64,000 nt of DNA from Adineta vaga. Its lineage: Eukaryota; Animalia; Rotifera. This document shows, in pieces, positions 1 through 12,935 of the stretch. The notes beneath the pieces are model-generated. The model was given only the letters and a program-made list of their open reading frames with translations, searched no databases and had not been told where the DNA came from. The DNA lies in NCBI GenBank assembly GCA_021613535.1, contig CP075492.1, positions 20,150,001-20,214,000 on the forward strand, given 5' to 3'. The position numbers and the translations under genes are program-made. Positions within the stretch are counted from its first letter, which is position 1, and every line of letters starts with the position of its first letter.

Positions 1-1119
1 TGTTTAAAAGACTCTAGCCAGTGTTTCGATGCTTTAAAATCTAGAACCGAATCTTTAGCAGCTTTTTGAAGGGCTCACCGTTTCAAATCGTGGTCGTGAA
101 CAGAAAAAACATTTTCGCGATCTTCTTCGAATTTGTCGTATACAAAATTATCTATAGTTTGTATTTTCTCTCGTCTTGTACCATGTTGTTCAATGTAATG
201 ACGAAAACGAGAAATACACTGCTGGCAAGGAACAGCCTTAAATTGATGCTTTGCTGATTTCCATGTATGTTTCTTTCTTCCATTTGAGTCGCAAGCATTA
301 TAGTAATCAATGACCTTTTTCATATATTCCAAGGTAAAGTTCATTTGGTTGGGCGAACTCTCAGTATTTTCAGTTTCATCGAAATCTCGGTCCATATTTT
401 CATCTTCGGAATCACTAAATGCGTCGTCGTCATCGAAATCGAGTGTTGTTTCTGATTCAACTTCAAACGATATGCATCGTTAACGCTGTCAATTATTTCT
501 AATAGGGAACGCACGATTTTCTCTTCGAATGGATTTGCTCGTAAGCTTCGACGATCCGGTTCTTCACGCTCAGTAATTCGGTTCATCAAGAGTTTCGCTA
601 TTTTTCTAGCATCACTCATAGTTTTAGTTATGTAAAAATGCAACGAACGAACAGTTTGATAAAAATACTTCTTTCGATTAACAAATATCACACGGTAGCA
701 CATGTTCTTTATATCGAACTTTTGATTATTATCATTTTCAAGACAACGTGAAAGAATGCGTATGATATGCATCTGCTGTATATCCTTTATGAGTTATCGT
801 GTTCGTAATAGTGAGTAATACGATACAAAAAGCTTCTCTGATCAACAGAAATGAAAAAAAAACTCTGAATTTTATAGTTAATTTCTAGCGATGCAACCAG
901 TTCATCATAGAATTTCCTACTTACAGCTTATTTTTGTTTTACAATATACATAGTATAGGATTAAAATTCCTTTTATCGTATGAAACTTGAAACTTGAATA
1001 TCTCAGGCTAAAAGAGACATGGGCCCAAATCCTTTTAGGGTTGTTGTTATCTATACGTCACCTCGATATGCCCAAAGTATAGACTCTAAAGCGATTAAAC
1101 ACTTCGGGTACCTCCCTCG
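1..1119 (-). mobile_element. Tc4/Tc5-like (pogo/DDE_1) transposon, copy 1, cut by the window edge
   Basis: Reverse complement of 9181-10304. The TIR ends ...GGTACCTCCCTCG at 1119, flanked by TCAG. Confidence 0.85.
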
Positions 1120-1258
1120 TCAGTCGTGTTTCTCTTTATCCATTGTAAGATGATATCATTAGATATCATCTCGTCTACCGCTTTGTCTTTCTCTCTGTAT
1201 ATAAACATGTGTGAATTTCCATCTTGTGGTCGGTCTCTTCCTTTCGTCTTCTCTCTTT

Positions 1259-1296
<38 letters not shown>

Positions 1297-1623
1297 TAAC
1301 TTGTGTTTGATTTACGAATAAAGAACCGCATCGAACATTATTTCTTTTTCTTTCCCTTCTCTCACGTTCAGGGATAAATCCCTAACCATGAGTAATACGC
1401 TGGTTTTTACAAAGTATACAACTACATTAGGTGAAGAATATATAAATACTACGACTTTCTATTTATTTAAATTCATACTAACTAAAGTGTTTTAGACATC
1501 GACAAGCTAACCATCAGAAAAGGTAATATATTTACAAAACTTTTTATGTGGAAAAAAGGAGACATTGAAGTGAAGATGAGGATGAGAAGAATATTGATTT
1601 ATTATTTTATTTAGATACTGAAA

Positions 1624-1815
1624 ATGAACTTCGTTCTTCGAAATATCATACTAATTCTATTAATTGGATCTATAGCAGTTGCAAATGCCGGTCCAGCAGC
1701 ATATTCATCATGTATGGCAGCATGCACGGCAGGTGCCTCGTTTTGGGGAGTGACACTAGGCACTGCAGGCTGTTCGAGAATATGTGCACCGCTTTTATCA
1801 GCTCCAACACCATGA
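1624..1815 (+). CDS. Small secreted cysteine peptide P1 (63 aa; signal peptide + GPAAY..CX3C-X15-CX3C..LLSAPTP), copy 1
   Basis: Hydrophobic 22-aa leader ending ANA. TATA-like TATATAAATA ~1439, putative 5'UTR intron 1523-1614 (GT..AG), AATAAA ~1918. Paralogous to P2. Confidence 0.88.
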   Translation: MNFVLRNIILILLIGSIAVANAGPAAYSSCMAACTAGASFWGVTLGTAGCSRICAPLLSAPTP

Positions 1816-2245
1816 TGACTTTTTGGTAACTCAGACAATACTTTCAATATATCTTTATATAAAAGATTAATCGAGAAGAAGAACACATGTTGTTTTAAGA
1901 TTTTTATTTATTTGTTTAATAAATCACGAAATGTATATTGGAATTTACTGGTATTTAAAAATGAATATGCAAAATCACAACAGTAAAGACAGGAGGATAG
2001 ATGAAAATATGAAAATATCAGACGAAACTTAAAGAAAAACATAGTCAATTCATCTTCTGATGCTGTGAGAAGAAAGTAACAAAGTTTTACAGAGATAATA
2101 GTGTGAGACAATGAAACAACACAAAACTAAATAAAAGAAGTACAACGTGGGGTGAACGTCAATGAAATATAGAGAAAAGACACATACCCACAGCTTCCTC
2201 CCTCTCCTCACACCTACACTCACACTCTCAAGTTGAGAGTGTGAG

Positions 2246-2894
2246 CAGTGTTGCCACCTCTTCTACTTTTCGGATTTTTTTATCTTTTATGTTTTCAATG
2301 AAAACTCTCAATATTTTAACCGATCTTTTTGTCAAAATAATCATTTAATACAAAGTCAGATTGTAAGATCTGATCAACTCTGGATGTTATTACTTTCTCT
2401 TACTCTATCACCAAATTTTAAAAACTCTTATGTTTTTTATTTTCATTACGTTGCGGTAATACTTATGTTGAATCTGTATTTTCACAAATGCAATATTTAG
2501 TAAATGACAAGCGGAACTGTATAACAAAAGAATTAGTGTCAGCTGAATTAAAAATATGTTTGAATGCTACTTGAAAATGTACTAATATGTACAAGTATAT
2601 ATTATCGAACCAGGATATATTGAAAGCTATTAAGGTCAGATAAAAAATATATGTTTAAGAAAAATGTTTAATAAATGCATTTATCTGTTTAATGTCGTTT
2701 TTTTGATTTTGTGCACTAGAATATAAAATATAATGCTAAACTTTCTTATTATTTTATTATAGCTGAGCTTAAACCATAGTTTGACATTAAAAAACACTTT
2801 CTCTTTTCTTCTGCTCTTTAACAATTGAAACTCTGTCATTTTCTGCTTTTTACAGATCATTTTTGCTTTTCGAGGGCAAAAGGTGGCAACACTG
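2246..2894. mobile_element. Possible hAT-like MITE between P1 and P2 (present in all four arms)
   Basis: 14-bp perfect inverted ends CAGTGTTGCCACCT / AGGTGGCAACACTG. No 8-bp TSD found. Confidence 0.5.
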
Positions 2895-3828
2895 TATTCA
2901 ACATTGAATTGATACTTTATATATTCAGTATAATAATGATGGTATTAATACTAACGAACTTCTCGATGGATTATTTTATGTTATTTTTTCTAAAAATATT
3001 AAATCAAAAAGAAAATGAACAATCATTATCGTATGTGTTAGGATGTATGTTATGTTCTTCATGTCCTTCGATCATATGGACATTTCCATGTGTTTTCTTT
3101 TCTTTTCCTTTCTTTCTTTCCCTTCTTTCTGTATGTTAACATATGTGTAGTTGGATTGTTCCTATCGTTCATGGGTTCTTTCCGCTTTTGATTTAAATAT
3201 ATATACGCTCGCTTCTCAGGAGAGGTGGATGGCGAATTAGCGAACTTTCTAATTTATGTGAACTGACATTTCGTCTCAGTTTTTATTATCTTTTATAGTT
3301 ACTTTTCATCTATGTAATCAAATTTATCACTTTATATATATATATATATATCAAGTCTTATTTAGATGTTTTAATATTCGATATTTTTCCTCTTCTATAT
3401 TTTCTTTTCCACACAGTTTTTTTTCTACACTTATTCTTTCGGCACTTTTTCTTTTAGTCTTTTTTCATCCAGTCGAAAAAAAGAGGGTCGTTTGGATGAC
3501 TGCGTTACTGGCATGTATTTTTCTTATGAAACATAAACTATTAAGTCAAATTGAGATGAAACTGTTACGCATTAATGAGCTTAAAAAGATACATCTATGC
3601 ACACAATATTGCGACTCTATGTTCAGTTGTTTTGCAAAAATTCGAATATAAAGTTGTCGGAACGTGAGTGTGTTACTAGCGGACAACCCGTGGCTTTTTG
3701 CAATTGCTTTTTATTTTAAACAAAAACCAAGAATTAAAAATCAGGATTAAAATGATTGTTAATAGAATATTTTAAAGAGAAAGCAAGCATAATAAATAAG
3801 GAATAGAATAGTTGTTATTTAAATTCAG

Positions 3829-4032
3829 TTATAGTACTGGAACAGCCAATAATGGTGAACACGCTGATGTGCATGCTGCAAGACATGCTGGGCTACCATA
3901 AAATAGCGTTGTTGATGAGCATGTGGCAGAACAGCTAATAAGACACGCCATGTAGGCTGCAGGCCCAGCATCTGAGACTAACGAAATCGATAATAGGAAA
4001 AAGATTATTATTGCAAACTTTTGTGTGAACAT
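3829..4032 (-). CDS. Small secreted cysteine peptide P2 (67 aa; signal peptide + GPAAY..CX3CX3C-X11-CX3CX3C..LLAVPVL), copy 1
   Basis: 22-aa leader ending SDA. Same GPAAY mature start as P1, with six evenly spaced Cys. Confidence 0.88.
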   Translation of the reverse strand: MFTQKFAIIIFFLLSISLVSDAGPAAYMACLISCSATCSSTTLFYGSPACLAACTSACSPLLAVPVL

Positions 4033-4519
4033 TGTTTCTAGAATTAAAATATTATTATAGAATTAAGAAAGTCAATGAATTCTATTTATCTACTTACATT
4101 GCCTTGCTGTTTCGTGTGTACGAGGCAGAAGAATGCTTCGAATGAGTGTTCGGAAGCAAAATCAACGTATTTTATACCATCATTGTTTTGTAATTTCACT
4201 ACCGTTTCGACAGAGAAAAAGGTAAAAAGGGACAAATACTTTGGTAAATTCCAGACAACAAAATCATTGTGACGACTATTAGAGTGGTCATGGGAGAGCG
4301 GAACGAGAGAGACGTGATGTTGTGAGAGAACGAGCGAGGCCCGACCGATACCTTTATTTAAAAGAAAAGAGAGGACAGATCGAACCGAACCTGAGTGGAA
4401 AACACACATGTTTATATACTCGACGGAGAGAAAGAGGGATGATATCATCCGAGATGATATCACCTTGAACAAAGACAACGAGGGAAAGATATCACCGAGA
4501 ACAAGAGAGAGAGAACACG

Positions 4520-4550
<31 letters not shown>

Positions 4551-4797
4551 TGTGTGTGTATTGGCTGTGGCTGTAACAACGACAAATCAAGTTTCGTTGG
4601 AAAGAGAGAAAAAGGTAAAAAGAGACAAATATTCTGGTAACTTCCAGTCAACACAATAATCGTGTGAGGATGAGTCAAGTTTCGTTGTAAGGAAGGAAAA
4701 AGGTAGAAAGAAAGAAATATTTAGGTAAACTCCAGCCGACACAATAATGAGCCATGTTTACCAATCGCTTATAAGCCATCCGACAGCAAAACTGTGC

Positions 4798-4835
<38 letters not shown>

Positions 4836-5741
4836 ACTACTATATGCGGCTTATCTCTCTTCATCTTTTTCTTCGACTGTAGAGAAAGAAGATGCTCATG
4901 GTTACCAAATAATAACGTCATTCTCTTTTTATCTTCTATTATCTTTGATCTATTCTCTTCCTTCCGAATCAATGAACATAGACAAACTTGTTGCAGAAAA
5001 TAGGAAATAATCACGATTTATCATATCATTCTTACTGATAAGTTGCAGTTGTTCTTGTGAGAAAAGTCTCGAGTCAACTACGGCTGGAAGTAGATTTATC
5101 AATATTAACAAATTCAAACATACTAGAACGACAATCACATTCTTATTTATTTCAAACATAGCTCAAAAACTCCTCTAAGAAATAAACATCATATACAGTA
5201 AAAAACTAGCTATGAATCGTGATCATCTTGAGTAAAGAAACTATTCATCTATTTACTTTTTATATGATTGAAAAAATAAAAATCATCATTTTCCTATTTT
5301 CTGCAACAAGTTTGTCTATGTTCATTGATTCGGAAGGAAGAGAATAGATCAAAGATAATAGAAGATAAAAAGAGAATGACGTTATTATTTGTTAACCATG
5401 AGCATCTTCTTTCTCTACAGTCGAAGAAAAAGATGAAGAGAGATAAGCCGCATATAGTAGTATATCTCTCTCTCTCTCTCTCTCTCTCTCAAGGCACAGT
5501 TTTGCTGTCGGATGGCTTATAAGCGATTGGTAAACATGGCTCATTATTGTGTCGGCTGGAGTTTACCTAAATATTTCTTTCTTTCTACCTTTTTCCTTCC
5601 TTACAACGAAACTTGACTCATCCTCACACGATTATTGTGTTGACTGGAAGTTACCAGAATATTTGTCTCTTTTTACCTTTTTTCTCTCTTTCCAACGAAA
5701 CTTGATTTGTCGTTGTTACAGCCACAGCCAATACACACACA

Positions 5742-5772
<31 letters not shown>

Positions 5773-6262
5773 CGTGTTCTCTCTCTCTTGTTCTCGGTGA
5801 TATCTTTCCCTCGTTGTCTTTGTTCAAGGTGATATCATCTCGGATGATATCATCCCTCTTTCTCTCCGTCGTCGAGTATATAAACATGTGTGTTTTCCAC
5901 TCAGGTTCGGTTCGATCTGTCCTCTCTTTTCTTTTAAATAAAGGTATCGGTCGGGCCTCGCTCGTTCTCTCACAACATCACGTCTCTCTCGTTCCGCTCT
6001 CCCATGACCACTCTAATAGTCGTCACAATGATTTTGTTGTCTGGAATTTACCAAAGTATTTGTCCCTTTTTACCTTTTTCTCTGTCGAAACGGTAGTGAA
6101 ATTACAAAACAATGATGGTATAAAATACGTTGATTTTGCTTCCGAACACTCATTCGAAGCATTCTTCTGCCTCGTACACACGAAACAGCAAGGCAATGTA
6201 AGTAGATAAATAGAATTCATTGACTTTCTTAATTCTATAATAATATTTTAATTCTAGAAACA

Positions 6263-6466
6263 ATGTTCACACAAAAGTTTGCAATAATAATCTTTTTCCT
6301 ATTATCGATTTCGTTAGTCTCAGATGCTGGGCCTGCAGCCTACATGGCGTGTCTTATTAGCTGTTCTGCCACATGCTCATCAACAACGCTATTTTATGGT
6401 AGCCCAGCATGTCTTGCAGCATGCACATCAGCGTGTTCACCATTATTGGCTGTTCCAGTACTATAA
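6263..6466 (+). CDS. Secreted cysteine peptide P2, copy 2
   Basis: Identical protein. TATAAAA ~6119 and putative 60-bp 5'UTR intron 6198-6257 (GTAAGT..TTCTAG). Confidence 0.88.
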   Translation: MFTQKFAIIIFFLLSISLVSDAGPAAYMACLISCSATCSSTTLFYGSPACLAACTSACSPLLAVPVL

Positions 6467-8480
6467 CTGAATTTAAATAACAACTATTCTATTCCTTATT
6501 TATTATGCTTGCTTTCTCTTTAAAATATTCTATTAACAATCATTTTAATCCTGATTTTTAATTCTTGGTTTTTGTTTAAAATAAAAAGCAATTGCAAAAA
6601 GCCACGGGTTGTCCGCTAGTAACACACTCACGTTCCGACAACTTTATATTCGAATTTTTGCAAAACAACTGAACATAGAGTCGCAATATTGTGTGCATAG
6701 ATGTATCTTTTTAAGCTCATTAATGCGTAACAGTTTCATCTCAATTTGACTTAATAGTTTATGTTTCATAAGAAAAATACATGCCAGTAACGCAGTCATC
6801 CAAACGACCCTCTTTTTTTCGACTGGATGAAAAAAGACTAAAAGAAAAAGTGCCGAAAGAATAAGTGTAGAAAAAAAAACTGTGTGGAAAAGAAAATATA
6901 GAAGAGGAAAAATATCGAATATTAAAACATCTAAATAAGACTTGATATATATATATATATATAAAGTGATAAATTTGATTACATAGATGAAAAGTAACTA
7001 TAAAAGATAATAAAAACTGAGACGAAATGTCAGTTCACATAAATTAGAAAGTTCGCTAATTCGCCATCCACCTCTCCTGAGAAGCGAGCGTATATATATT
7101 TAAATCAAAAGCGGAAAGAACCCATGAACGATAGGAACAATCCAACTACACATATGTTAACATACAGAAAGAAGGGAAAGAAAGAAAGGAAAAGAAAAGA
7201 AAACACATGGAAATGTCCATATGATCGAAGGACATGAAGAACATAACATACATCCTAACACATACGATAATGATTGTTCATTTTCTTTTTGATTTAATAT
7301 TTTTAGAAAAAATAACATAAAATAATCCATCGAGAAGTTCGTTAGTATTAATACCATCATTATTATACTGAATATATAAAGTATCAATTCAATGTTGAAT
7401 ACAGTGTTGCCACCTTTTGCCCTCGAAAAGCAAAAATGATCTGTAAAAAGCAGAAAATGACAGAGTTTCAATTGTTAAAGAGCAGAAGAAAAGAGAAAGT
7501 GTTTTTTAATGTCAAACTATGGTTTAAGCTCAGCTATAATAAAATAATAAGAAAGTTTAGCATTATATTTTATATTCTAGTGCACAAAATCAAAAAAACG
7601 ACATTAAACAGATAAATGCATTTATTAAACATTTTTCTTAAACATATATTTTTTATCTGACCTTAATAGCTTTCAATATATCCTGGTTCGATAATATATA
7701 CTTGTACATATTAGTACATTTTCAAGTAGCATTCAAACATATTTTTAATTCAGCTGACACTAATTCTTTTGTTATACAGTTCCGCTTGTCATTTACTAAA
7801 TATTGCATTTGTGAAAATACAGATTCAACATAAGTATTACCGCAACGTAATGAAAATAAAAAACATAAGAGTTTTTAAAATTTGGTGATAGAGTAAGAGA
7901 AAGTAATAACATCCAGAGTTGATCAGATCTTACAATCTGACTTTGTATTAAATGATTATTTTGACAAAAAGATCGGTTAAAATATTGAGAGTTTTCATTG
8001 AAAACATAAAAGATAAAAAAATCCGAAAAGTAGAAGAGGTGGCAACACTGCTCACACTCTCAACTTGAGAGTGTGAGTGTAGGTGTGAGGAGAGGGAGGA
8101 AGCTGTGGGTATGTGTCTTTTCTCTATATTTCATTGACGTTCACCCCACGTTGTACTTCTTTTATTTAGTTTTGCGTTGTTTCATTGTCTCACACTATTA
8201 TCTCTGTAAAACTTTGTTACTTTCTTCTCACAGCATCAGAAGATGAATTGACTATGTTTTTCTTTAAGTTTCGTCTGATATTTTCATATTTTCATCTATC
8301 CTCCTGTCTTTACTGTTGTGATTTTGCATATTCATTTTTAAATACCAGTAAATTCCAATATACATTTCGTGATTTATTAAACAAATAAATAAAAATCTTA
8401 AAACAACATGTGTTCTTCTTCTCGATTAATCTTTTATATAAAGATATATTGAAAGTATTGTCTGAGTTACCAAAAAGTCA

Positions 8481-8672
8481 TCATGGTGTTGGAGCTGATA
8501 AAAGCGGTGCACATATTCTCGAACAGCCTGCAGTGCCTAGTGTCACTCCCCAAAACGAGGCACCTGCCGTGCATGCTGCCATACATGATGAATATGCTGC
8601 TGGACCGGCATTTGCAACTGCTATAGATCCAATTAATAGAATTAGTATGATATTTCGAAGAACGAAGTTCAT
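8481..8672 (-). CDS. Secreted cysteine peptide P1, copy 2
   Basis: Identical translation to 1624-1815. Confidence 0.88.
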   Translation of the reverse strand: MNFVLRNIILILLIGSIAVANAGPAAYSSCMAACTAGASFWGVTLGTAGCSRICAPLLSAPTP

Positions 8673-8999
8673 TTTCAGTATCTAAATAAAATAATAAATC
8701 AATATTCTTCTCATCCTCATCTTCACTTCAATGTCTCCTTTTTTCCACATAAAAAGTTTTGTAAATATATTACCTTTTCTGATGGTTAGCTTGTCGATGT
8801 CTAAAACACTTTAGTTAGTATGAATTTAAATAAATAGAAAGTCGTAGTATTTATATATTCTTCACCTAATGTAGTTGTATACTTTGTAAAAACCAGCGTA
8901 TTACTCATGGTTAGGGATTTATCCCTGAACGTGAGAGAAGGGAAAGAAAAAGAAATAATGTTCGATGCGGTTCTTTATTCGTAAATCAAACACAAGTTA

Positions 9000-9041
<42 letters not shown>

Positions 9042-9180
9042 AAAGAGAGAAGACGAAAGGAAGAGACCGACCACAAGATGGAAATTCACACATGTTTATA
9101 TACAGAGAGAAAGACAAAGCGGTAGACGAGATGATATCTAATGATATCATCTTACAATGGATAAAGAGAAACACGACTGA

Positions 9181-11695
9181 CGAGGGAGGTACCCGAAGTG
9201 TTTAATCGCTTTAGAGTCTATACTTTGGGCATATCGAGGTGACGTATAGATAACAACAACCCTAAAAGGATTTGGGCCCATGTCTCTTTTAGCCTGAGAT
9301 ATTCAAGTTTCAAGTTTCAAGTTTCATACGAAAAGGAATTTTAATCCTATACTATGTATATTGTAAAACAAAAATAAGCTGTAAGTAGGAAATTCTATGA
9401 TGAACTGGTTGCATCGCTAGAAATTAACTATAAAATTCAGAGTTTTTTTTTCATTTCTGTTGATCAGAGAAGCTTTTTGTATCGTATTACTCACTATTAC
9501 GAACACGATAACTCATAAAGGATATACAGCAGATGCATATCATACGCATTCTTTCACGTTGTCTTGAAAATGATAATAATCAAAAGTTCGATATAAAGAA
9601 CATGTGCTACCGTGTGATATTTGTTAATCGAAAGAAGTATTTTTATCAAACTGTTCGTTCGTTGCATTTTTACATAACTAAAACTATGAGTGATGCTAGA
9701 AAAATAGCGAAACTCTTGATGAACCGAATTACTGAGCGTGAAGAACCGGATCGTCGAAGCTTACGAGCAAATCCATTCGAAGAGAAAATCGTGCGTTCCC
9801 TATTAGAAATAATTGACAGCGTTAACGATGCATATCGTTTGAAGTTGAATCAGAAACAACACTCGATTTCGATGACGACGACGCATTTAGTGATTCCGAA
9901 GATGAAAATATGGACCGAGATTTCGATGAAACTGAAAATACTGAGAGTTCGCCCAACCAAATGAACTTTACCTTGGAATATATGAAAAAGGTCATTGATT
10001 ACTATAATGCTTGCGACTCAAATGGAAGAAAGAAACATACATGGAAATCAGCAAAGCATCAATTTAAGGCTGTTCCTTGCCAGCAGTGTATTTCTCGTTT
10101 TCGTCATTACATTGAACAACATGGTACAAGACGAGAGAAAATACAAACTATAGATAATTTTGTATACGACAAATTCGAAGAAGATCGCGAAAATGTTTTC
10201 TCTGTTCACGACCACGATTTGAAACGGTGAGCCCTTCAAAAAGCTGCTAAAGATTCGGTTCTAGATTTTAAAGCATCGAAACACTGGCTAGAGTCTTTTA
10301 AACATCGTCATAATATTTGTTCGAGAAAATCTACGAAAATAATGACCCGTCATCAAATAACTGATTCTGATACTATAGACGCGTCTGCCGATTCCTTTGT
10401 AGCAAAAGTGAAACAAGAAATGAGTCATTACACACCTGAAGAAATTCTTAATACTGATCAGGCTGGCATCGAGCTAGAGATACACTCGACAAGAACTCTG
10501 TCGCATAAAGGTGAAGATGTTACTATAGCACGCGTAAAATCAAAGAATGCGACAACACATTCTTACACCATTCAACCAATAATAACTCTTGCCGGTCAAC
10601 TTCTCGGTCCTGTCTTTATTTGCTTAAGGGAACCAAAGGCAAAGGTGAGCGATAGTGAGTTAACTTTAATCTTTTCTTCTATAATATGCGAACGTTTTTT
10701 TTACTAGATATCAAAAAGAAACTATTTGATGCCCCAAACGTGGTTGTAACGTGTAGTTCTTCAGGAAAACTCACTGGCTCTTTGATAGAATATTGGCGAG
10801 ATCACGTTCTTCGCCCATTTGCTTCATCAAATTCTCTTCTAATCTCGGACTACTGGCCGGGTCAATGAGACTCAAAGATATACTCCGCTGTTCAAGGATG
10901 TAAGAGATTAGAGATACCAGCTCATACTACGTCAGGCATTCAACCACTTGATGTCTATTTTAACAGACAATGGAAGGTATTCACTCGACGTATATTCGAT
11001 CACGTTCAACTTGATGACATCGCCATCAACTTGTCTGAACGAAACAATATAGTACAATTGAATTCTGTTATTCATAATCAGGTGTCGTCGTCTCAATTTG
11101 TACCTATGATCAAGTATGCATGGTTTGCATCATGGTATGCTGATCAGGATCCAGGAAGTTTTAAGTCTGTCAATGAAGTTTGCTTCAACATTGCTGCTGA
11201 TGTTTGTCAACATTCGAGCTGTCACTCGTTATGCTTTATTCAATGCAGCCATTGTCAAAAACTACTCTGCTTCGAACATTTCTTTGAAGCTTACCACTAT
11301 CATAAATAGATATCGGCCTTTTCTAGTGTGATACCACAGATTTCTTAGAAATGACTTTTATTAAAATAGACGGTTCATCGACTACGAGGCTTCCAAGAAA
11401 ATAATTCTGATTAACAGAAATGAAAAAAAAACTCTGAATTTTATAGTTAATTTCTAGCGATGCAACCAGTTCATCATAGAATTTCCTACTTACAGCTTAT
11501 TTTTGTTTTACAATATACATAGTATAGGATTAAAATTCCTTTTATCGTATGAAACTTGAAACTTGAAACTTGAATATCTCAGGCTAAAAGAGACATGGGC
11601 CCAAATCCTTTTAGGGTTGTTGTTATCTATACGTCACCTCGATATGCCCAAAGTATAGACTCTAAAGCGATTAAACACTTCGGGTACCTCCCTCG
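9181..11695 (+). mobile_element. Tc4/Tc5-like (pogo/DDE_1) DNA transposon, full length, ~285-bp TIRs, pseudogenised transposase (~9686-11309)
   Basis: TIRs CGAGGGAGGTACCCGAAG... at 9181-~9467 and ~11406-11695. CENP-B-like HTH (FKASKHWLESFKHRH), NTDQ, TTHSYT and IQPLDVYF motifs, Cys-rich tail. In-frame stops at 10228 and 10866. Flanks are C-TGA and TAA-G. Confidence 0.85.
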
Positions 11696-12935
11696 TAAGT
11701 TTAATTTTGCCTATGACATATATGTATATGACCAAGCTGAGAATGGAAAGAACCATATATCATGACGGGTTGAATGGTTTATTTTCCAAACACGCCATAC
11801 GCTTCTTTTATTCGCTAGTAGAATAAAGGAAAGAAATAACCAACATAAGTGAGTTACGCTATAACAATAAGTTATCTGGAAAAAGAGAGTGGTGATATTG
11901 GCCTTGTTCGAATCACAATAGGTAATTTCCTTTTTGGAGATAGATTCTTCCCATTCGTTAACATAACATTAGTCATGAGCAAGGCCATCAGGTGATTAAT
12001 TCAAAGAGAGAGACTAGGACTATTTACTGTGGTTCTTTCCCTTTCGTTTCGACATGTCTTTCATATATATATATATATATATATATACTGACAAACAGCG
12101 TATTGTTATTATTTGGTATTACTGTAATCTAGTGTGGATAAGGTAAGGTTGTAAAAACAACTAGCGGTCATCCTTTAGATTCGCTGACCCTTTTCTGAAA
12201 GAATTATAATAAGACTGAGGATATTTCGATAGTTCGATTAACAAAGAACTCAAAGAGCATCTTGCGACACTCTTCAGTCAAAATAAGACTTATACGAGAG
12301 AATTTACTAGTTTCGTTGTGGCGAGCGAGAAAACTTCTGTAGTGCCCGATGTATCAATGTCATTTGGAATAGATGTAGCTTCGAAATTCTCGTTGAAATC
12401 AACGGAATTGGCGAGATAAAGACGATGTATAAGAAATAGAATAGAATATTGTTTGATCCTCAGAACATGAAGCAGTAGTGGCGATGGTAGGATGCAGAGA
12501 TTCGGGTATCAGTAGTGAAAAGGCGATGACCACATTTGGACCCATTTGTTGTTCATCAATGCGCGGTTTTTTATGAGAAGAGACGAAATAACACTCAATA
12601 ATGTGACGTTTCTCGGAATTTGTCTTTCAATTTCAAGCTAGTTTTTCATCAAGAAAAAGGCAAACATAGTAACTTCAATTGTAGTAGACTGTTTAAGCAG
12701 CCAACAAAAAAACCTAATAAAACTGTTTTAGTTGAAACTGCCCTTACTCGACACAGTTCTTCCGTATAAGAATCAACGATTGCTTCAAAACTCTTTACAA
12801 GAGTTTAAAAGAGCTAAAAAAATTCCGGAGAAAGGGGGCTCAGCCCCTCTTCGCCCCCCCTCCCCCTCTCCCATTGGCGCCACCGCTACTTAGCTGCATT
12901 ATTCACATTTCAGATCTTCATCGTTTCATCTAAAA

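Larger units (their letters stand above)
1..10304. repeat. Inner palindrome 1: arms 1-5007 and 5290-~10304, 282-bp spacer 5008-5289; left arm runs off the window
   Basis: ORFs mirror exactly (1624+/8481-, 3829-/6263+, 2825+/7157-). The arm junction ...GCAGAAAATAGGAAA (5007) pairs with TTTCCTATTTTCTGC (5290). Confidence 0.97.

Noticed and set aside
1611-1886. 91-aa antisense ORF over P1
   Set aside because: Shadow of the GC-richer P1 CDS, and broken by indels in the third arm.
2825-3139. 104-aa hydrophobic ORF present four times
   Set aside because: Non-ATG start, T-rich low complexity, and it overlaps a MITE end. Its identity across copies only reflects the duplication.
4075-6220. ORFs with ERERER/SLSLSL runs near the palindrome centre
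   Set aside because: They cross (AG)n tracts whose length varies between arms and changes the frame, so they are not conserved coding sequence.
9181-11695. Three Tc4/Tc5-like copies as evidence of active transposition
   Set aside because: The copies share the same stops and flanks, so they arose by segmental duplication.
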